In this document: positions 46,575 to 51,139 of the stretch, piece by piece
How the letters are laid out: every line of letters begins with the position of its first letter
Numbering within the stretch: position 1 is the stretch's first letter
Source: Hydrurus foetidus
Taxonomy: Eukaryota
Assembly: GCA_900617105.1 (NCBI GenBank)
Contig: UYFQ01000634.1
Span: 1 to 51,139, forward strand
DNA: 51,139 nt
Direction of reading: 5' to 3'
Made by a program: the position numbers and the translations under genes
The notes under the pieces: model-generated
The model's database searches: none
What the model was told of the DNA's origin: nothing
The model's input: only the letters and a program-made list of their open reading frames with translations

Positions 46575-49500
46575 GTGCCATTGTTAGATAAAGCATGCAG
46601 CTTGGAGAATTTTTGTCCACTGAACAGTAAAAATTGTGGGGGTGACCCTGTGATTTTTAGTGCGAATGTATATACACACAGTTCCACAGACAGACAAGTG
46701 TTGTTAGATACATGTGCAGCAGAGTCAGTATTTTGTAGTGGAGATTTATTTTATAGTATTATGCCGTCCGCTACCCCGATGATTATTAATGGAGTGAACC
46801 CTCAGGGGGAACCCTTGATAATCACGGAGTGTGGCGAGACGGACTTCGGAACAGTTTACTACGATAGCAATTGTATAGCGAATATATTATCCTTCGGTAA
46901 CATAGTCAGCTCGAGCGAGTCAGTTAGCTATGACAGTGACCAGGATTGTTACAAAGTTAGGATGATTAAGTTAGGACCTGTATATAGATTTGTCCATGAT
47001 CAGTCTACGAACATATATCTATGCGACTTAGACAGAAATGTCAGTTACAAGAATGTATCGTTCGATAAATCGATCATGGTCATGACAGTTAAGGATAAGA
47101 AGAAACTGTACACAGCTAGACAAGTTAAGTCAGCAGAGTTAGCTAGAGAGTATCAGAGAAAGTTAGGTTACGCCAGCCCAGGACAGTTAATTAAATTAAT
47201 AGGTCAGGGGAAATTAGATAAGAGTGACATAACAGCACAAGATGTAGTTAGAGCATTAGATATTTTTGGACCAGATTTGGGTTCCCTTAAGGGGAAAACA
47301 ACTAGTCACAAAACTGAGTTAGAGGAAGAGATGCCAGTTGTAGATAGGCAGTTCCTGAACCAGGTTATGTACATAGATTTGATGTTTGTGAACTCGATAC
47401 CCTATCTAGTCACTGTTACAAATCCCTTAGAATATGTGATGATATGTAAACTCTCACGTAAAAACAAGTCTTCCTTATGGATGAACTTAGAGAGCAACAT
47501 ACATCACATTACTAAGTATGGATTTAAGATAACTATGATAAGAATAGACGGAGAGTCGGCAGTCAACACTTAAGTTTTGAGAGTAAGCTAGCCGCACTAG
47601 GTATTATATTAGACAGTACTGGAGCAGGAGAAGCAGTAGCTGTAGTTGAGAGGAAGATTAGAGTGATCAAGGAACGTGTTCGTGCCATCATCAACACGGT
47701 ACCTTTTTCACTGAGTGAGCTACTAGAAAGTTGGTTACTTAGATATGTTGTGAACAGATTAAATTTAGTACCAACTAGAAACAGTGTAGCTTACGTCAGC
47801 CCCAGAGAGAAATTATACGGTAGAAAGATTAACGTAGATAAGGAGTTGAAACACGGTTTCGGTGATTACGTACAAGTACATACCGATTCCGTGGACAACT
47901 CAACTAAACCCAGATCACAGGCAGCAATAGCATTAGTTAGTGCAGGCAACCTAGAAGGTTCATGGTATTATCTGCTGTTAGCTAACTTAAAAGTAGTGAA
48001 GAGGACAAAGGCTACTAGCCTACCAATGACAGATGATGTGATCAGTTACCTCGATAAGTTAGCATCTGAGAGGAAATTAAATATGTCAGTGAATGTCAAG
48101 CAACCTATTTTCGAACAGAGTAATCAAATCCTCGAAGACGATGGAAATGATTACTCCAACGATGAATTTGAGTTGCAGACACCTGACATGATAACACCGT
48201 ATAGTTATCCCACAGAAGACGAATTTGTGCATCATGAGATAGCAAATAATTTTGACTCATACGATGGCAATTCTGATGTAGCTTACGAATCAGAGTTCGA
48301 ACAATTAACAGAATACATACCAAATGATATATACGTTAATGAAGGAGAGGATGTAGTGTATGACGATACACCAACTGACCCCGATGCATTAATGAATGAT
48401 ATATTTGGTGTAGACAGTGATGATGAGGTAGATACCCCACCACAGAAAATAGCAAGTCAGAGGAAATTCTAGATAAACAACCCAGACGTAGTGCTAGAAA
48501 CCATCAGCCAGGTAGATGGAATAAGAGATTAGTAGGTTTAAGTATACCTAGCTACAAAGATTCAGTTATGTGTAAGTACATGATGAACATGACCGTAACA
48601 GAGGGAGTACAGAAATTAGGCGAGATAGCCGTAGATTCCATTAAAAAGAGTTACAACAGATGTGTGATAAGAATGTGTGGGAGGCAGTTCACCTCAACAG
48701 TCTTAGTTACAATCAGAGGAAAAGTATCATAACCAGCAGTATGTTTTAAAAGATAAGTATACAGCAGATGGTAAATTTGATAAGCTAAAATCTAGACTTG
48801 TAGCAGGAGGTCATCTACAAGATAGAAATATATATGATAACGGTTCATCACCAACTGTTAGCACCACTAGCGTATTTATTGTTGCTGCAATTGCTGCTAG
48901 TGAAAATCGAGCGGTCGCTACGATCGATTTTCCTGGTGCATTCCTCAACAGTGATATGCCACTAGACGGTGACCATGCAGTGCTGATGAGACTGAATAAA
49001 TATTTGACTAACATATTAGTTAGCATTGACAAGTCTTATCAGAAGTATGTAAATGAGAAAGGAACAGTAGTAGTTAAGCTTAAGAAAGCATTATATGGAT
49101 GTGTAGAGTCAGCTAAGTTATGGTATGATAAAATATCATCAGACTTAACACAGTTAGGCTATAAGGTAAATCCATCAGACATATGTGTATTCAATAGGAC
49201 TGAGCTAGATTCCACTCAGACTACTTTAGTTATCCATGTTGACGATATGATGATCAGCAGTAGGGATGAGAAGCGTACAGATAGTATAATTTCAGAGATA
49301 GAAAAACTATACCCAGGATTGACTAAGAGTAGAGGTAAAGTGTTGAATTATATAGGTATGACTTTTAACTTTGAACAGTTAGGCAGAGTTGTCATATCCA
49401 TGGAAGGTTTCATAAAAGACTTGTTAGACGATTGCATAGAGATTTTGGGGGTGTCTAGAACACCTGCCGACGATAATCTATTCAAGATCGATCTTAACAG

Positions 49501-50191
49501 TCCTTTACTGAAAGATAAAGAACGTGAGAGATTCCACTCACTAACAGCTAAGTTGTTATATTTAAGCAAGAGAACCAGACCAGACATACTGACATGTATA
49601 GCATATCTAATATAAGAGTCCTAGAACCTAGAACCTAGAACCGACGACTGGAATAAGTTAGCGCATACTATACGTTATATCAGAGAGACTAGAGATACGC
49701 CGCTGACCCTTGAGGTAGATACTCCGGTTAAGGTTATAGCCTATATAGATGCATCATACGCTGTACATGCAGATAAGAAGAGTCACACTGGCTGTATTAT
49801 AACATTAGGTAAGGGAGCAATATATGGTAAGAGTTCCACTCAGAAATTAAATACCACGTCTAGCACAGAGGCAGAACTAGTAGCTATGACTGAAGCAGGT
49901 AATCAGGTTTTATGGACTAGGAATTTCCTTATCCATCAAGAGTATGAGGTAGGTCCAGCTTTAATTTACCAAGATAACCTATCCACAATTCAGTTAGTTA
50001 AGAACGGTAGGTCCAACAGTGAAAGAACTAGACACATAGACATCAAGTTTTTCTTCCTGCATGACCGAATTAAATCAGACCATATTATTGTAACCTACAA
50101 GAGTACTAAAGAAATGATTGCAGATTTGCTGACCAAGCCACTGCAGGGGAAGCTATTCCAAGAGCTACGTGACCAAGTGCTCAATGTATAA
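46575..50191 (+). pseudogene. pol: Copia pol (protease, integrase, reverse transcriptase, RNase H) with several frameshifts and a stop
   Basis: Protease LLDTCA; integrase YIDLMFV / RIDGES / VERKIR; linker PRRSAR; RT KSRLVAGG, IDFPGAFLN, LKKALYG, HVDD; RNase H YIDASYA, SSTEAE, IYQDN, MIADLLTKPL. Disruptions near 47571, 48435, 48520, 48645, 48745 and 49615-49640. Confidence 0.92.
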
Positions 50192-50759
50192 AGAAATTCA
50201 GGGGAGTTATTTATTGATTTTGACTTACCCACTTATAGCGCTTTTTCCAGATAAATTACAAAATAAAAATAAAAATCTGATTTCGCTTTAAATCAACATT
50301 TGTTTGATAGGACCGCGAGGGACATCGATGCACCGCTTTTGCGACATCGAATGTCGACGTTTTAGTGGATTTAAGGGCACCAACATCGGTTGGATCGAAC
50401 TCGAGACCGGTCACCAGCTGACGCTTTTCTGACGGTTTAGAAATAGTTTTTCTCGAGTAATACCTTTACTCATCCAACCACCCATGTTTTATTTTACACC
50501 ATATCACGATGAAACTTGTCAATATTTAAAAATTCCGTGAAATATATTTTTAAGAAAATTTACTGTTTACCATACCCTAACACTAAGTTCCCTATCTGAG
50601 TGATGTGTGAAACATTATGAACAATAACCAACAAGTATACTATATAAGCATATGCTAATTAACATATTCACTTATTCAAACAATAATCATCATTTCTTTT
50701 GTTGATGACGCAGATTTGATTGCGTACCAAATGTGAAACGAATTTACGTGTTTCGCGTG

Positions 50760-50894
50760 TGTTGGAATTAAATTATGCGTGGAATGAGAAATTCACTATG
50801 AGCTACTGTGACTGCACTGCATGTGTTTGAATCTAGTAGTGTACGACGCGGAGTGTACGAACTTTGTAATGTAAGCTGATCAACACACCCTCTC
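50760..50894 (-). mobile_element. Probable 3' LTR (126 bp, 50760-50885) plus polypurine tract of a second, minus-strand LTR element
   Basis: Segment bounded by TGTTG...CAACA. On the minus strand it is directly preceded by GAGAGGGTG, the usual PPT-TGTTG junction. Confidence 0.5.
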
Positions 50895-50953
50895 AAACAG
50901 ATAAGGTGCGTGATTGTGTTACGTATGCATATGAATTTTTTGTCAATTGCACA

Positions 50954-51139
50954 GCAAGTGTTGACGCAGTTGGTTAAAAGTTAAAACAGCCAGTTGTAAT
51001 CGAAAGGCCGCCGGCTCGAGTCCCAGTGAGATTCAGCTTTCGGTAGTAGGGGTGTCGGCGCACTGATCAAGAGCGAGAATCCTCCGCACCCGTCGCGTGA
51101 GACGGGACTATGTGAAACATGGGCTGAGCCGGTCGCTGA
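50954..51139 (+). other. tRNA-derived sequence (degenerate tRNA or SINE head), running off the window end
   Basis: Box A-like TGACGCAGTTGG (50962-50973), anticodon-loop-like TTGTAA, box B-like GGCTCGAGTCC (51013-51023). Stems are imperfect, so it is not an intact cloverleaf. A downstream hairpin CCCGTC-GCGTGA-GACGGG is present. Confidence 0.5.

Larger units (their letters stand above)
44948..50206 (+). mobile_element. Ty1/copia LTR retrotransposon, decayed; candidate 5' LTR 44948-~45113; no matching 3' LTR in window
   Basis: Domain order gag-PR-IN-RT-RNaseH. The candidate LTR starts TGTTGG and ends ..TTAATCCAAC. A purine tract CAGGGGAG follows the pol stop. Confidence 0.9.

Noticed and set aside
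50954..51030. Functional tRNA-Thr(UGU) gene
   Set aside because: Acceptor, D and T stems do not pair properly and box B has GGCTCGA instead of GGTTCGA.
51040..51139. Hammerhead or HDV-like ribozyme
   Set aside because: CTGAT..GAAA-like words and a hairpin are present, but I could not fit the required core and helices.

Overview
Eukaryotic nuclear DNA with GT-AG introns, most likely from an ochrophyte stramenopile (inferred from a bipartite, ASAFAP-type plastid-targeting leader on hemE). The left ~25 kb is gene-dense. It holds mitochondrial ribosomal protein L7/L12, plastid uroporphyrinogen decarboxylase, a ~1685-aa low-complexity orphan, an RNF126-like E3 with a degenerate RING, an Acinus homologue, a small secreted Ser/Met/Pro-repeat protein, and a ~2264-aa soluble-adenylate-cyclase-like STAND protein whose 3' end is tandemly duplicated (1035 bp). 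The right ~25 kb is repeat-rich. Its centrepiece is an 8-exon, ~1930-aa type I membrane protein (38934->27864, minus strand) built from a tandem array of symmetric phase-1 exons. Each array exon encodes an NHL beta-propeller module; the modules are separated by apparently identical 249-nt introns yet differ at loop positions. A ~3.4-kb pentamer-derived satellite sits inside its last intron. Upstream lie two nested pogo-like TIR elements (TA target-site duplications; the inner one encodes a DD35D transposase), a decayed Ty1/copia element, a probable second LTR and a tRNA-derived (SINE-like) head at the window edge. Most frameshifts in the repeat-rich half are single-base losses in homopolymers, so some may be assembly errors. 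All gene models were deduced by eye from splice signals and reading-frame phase and need transcript confirmation.
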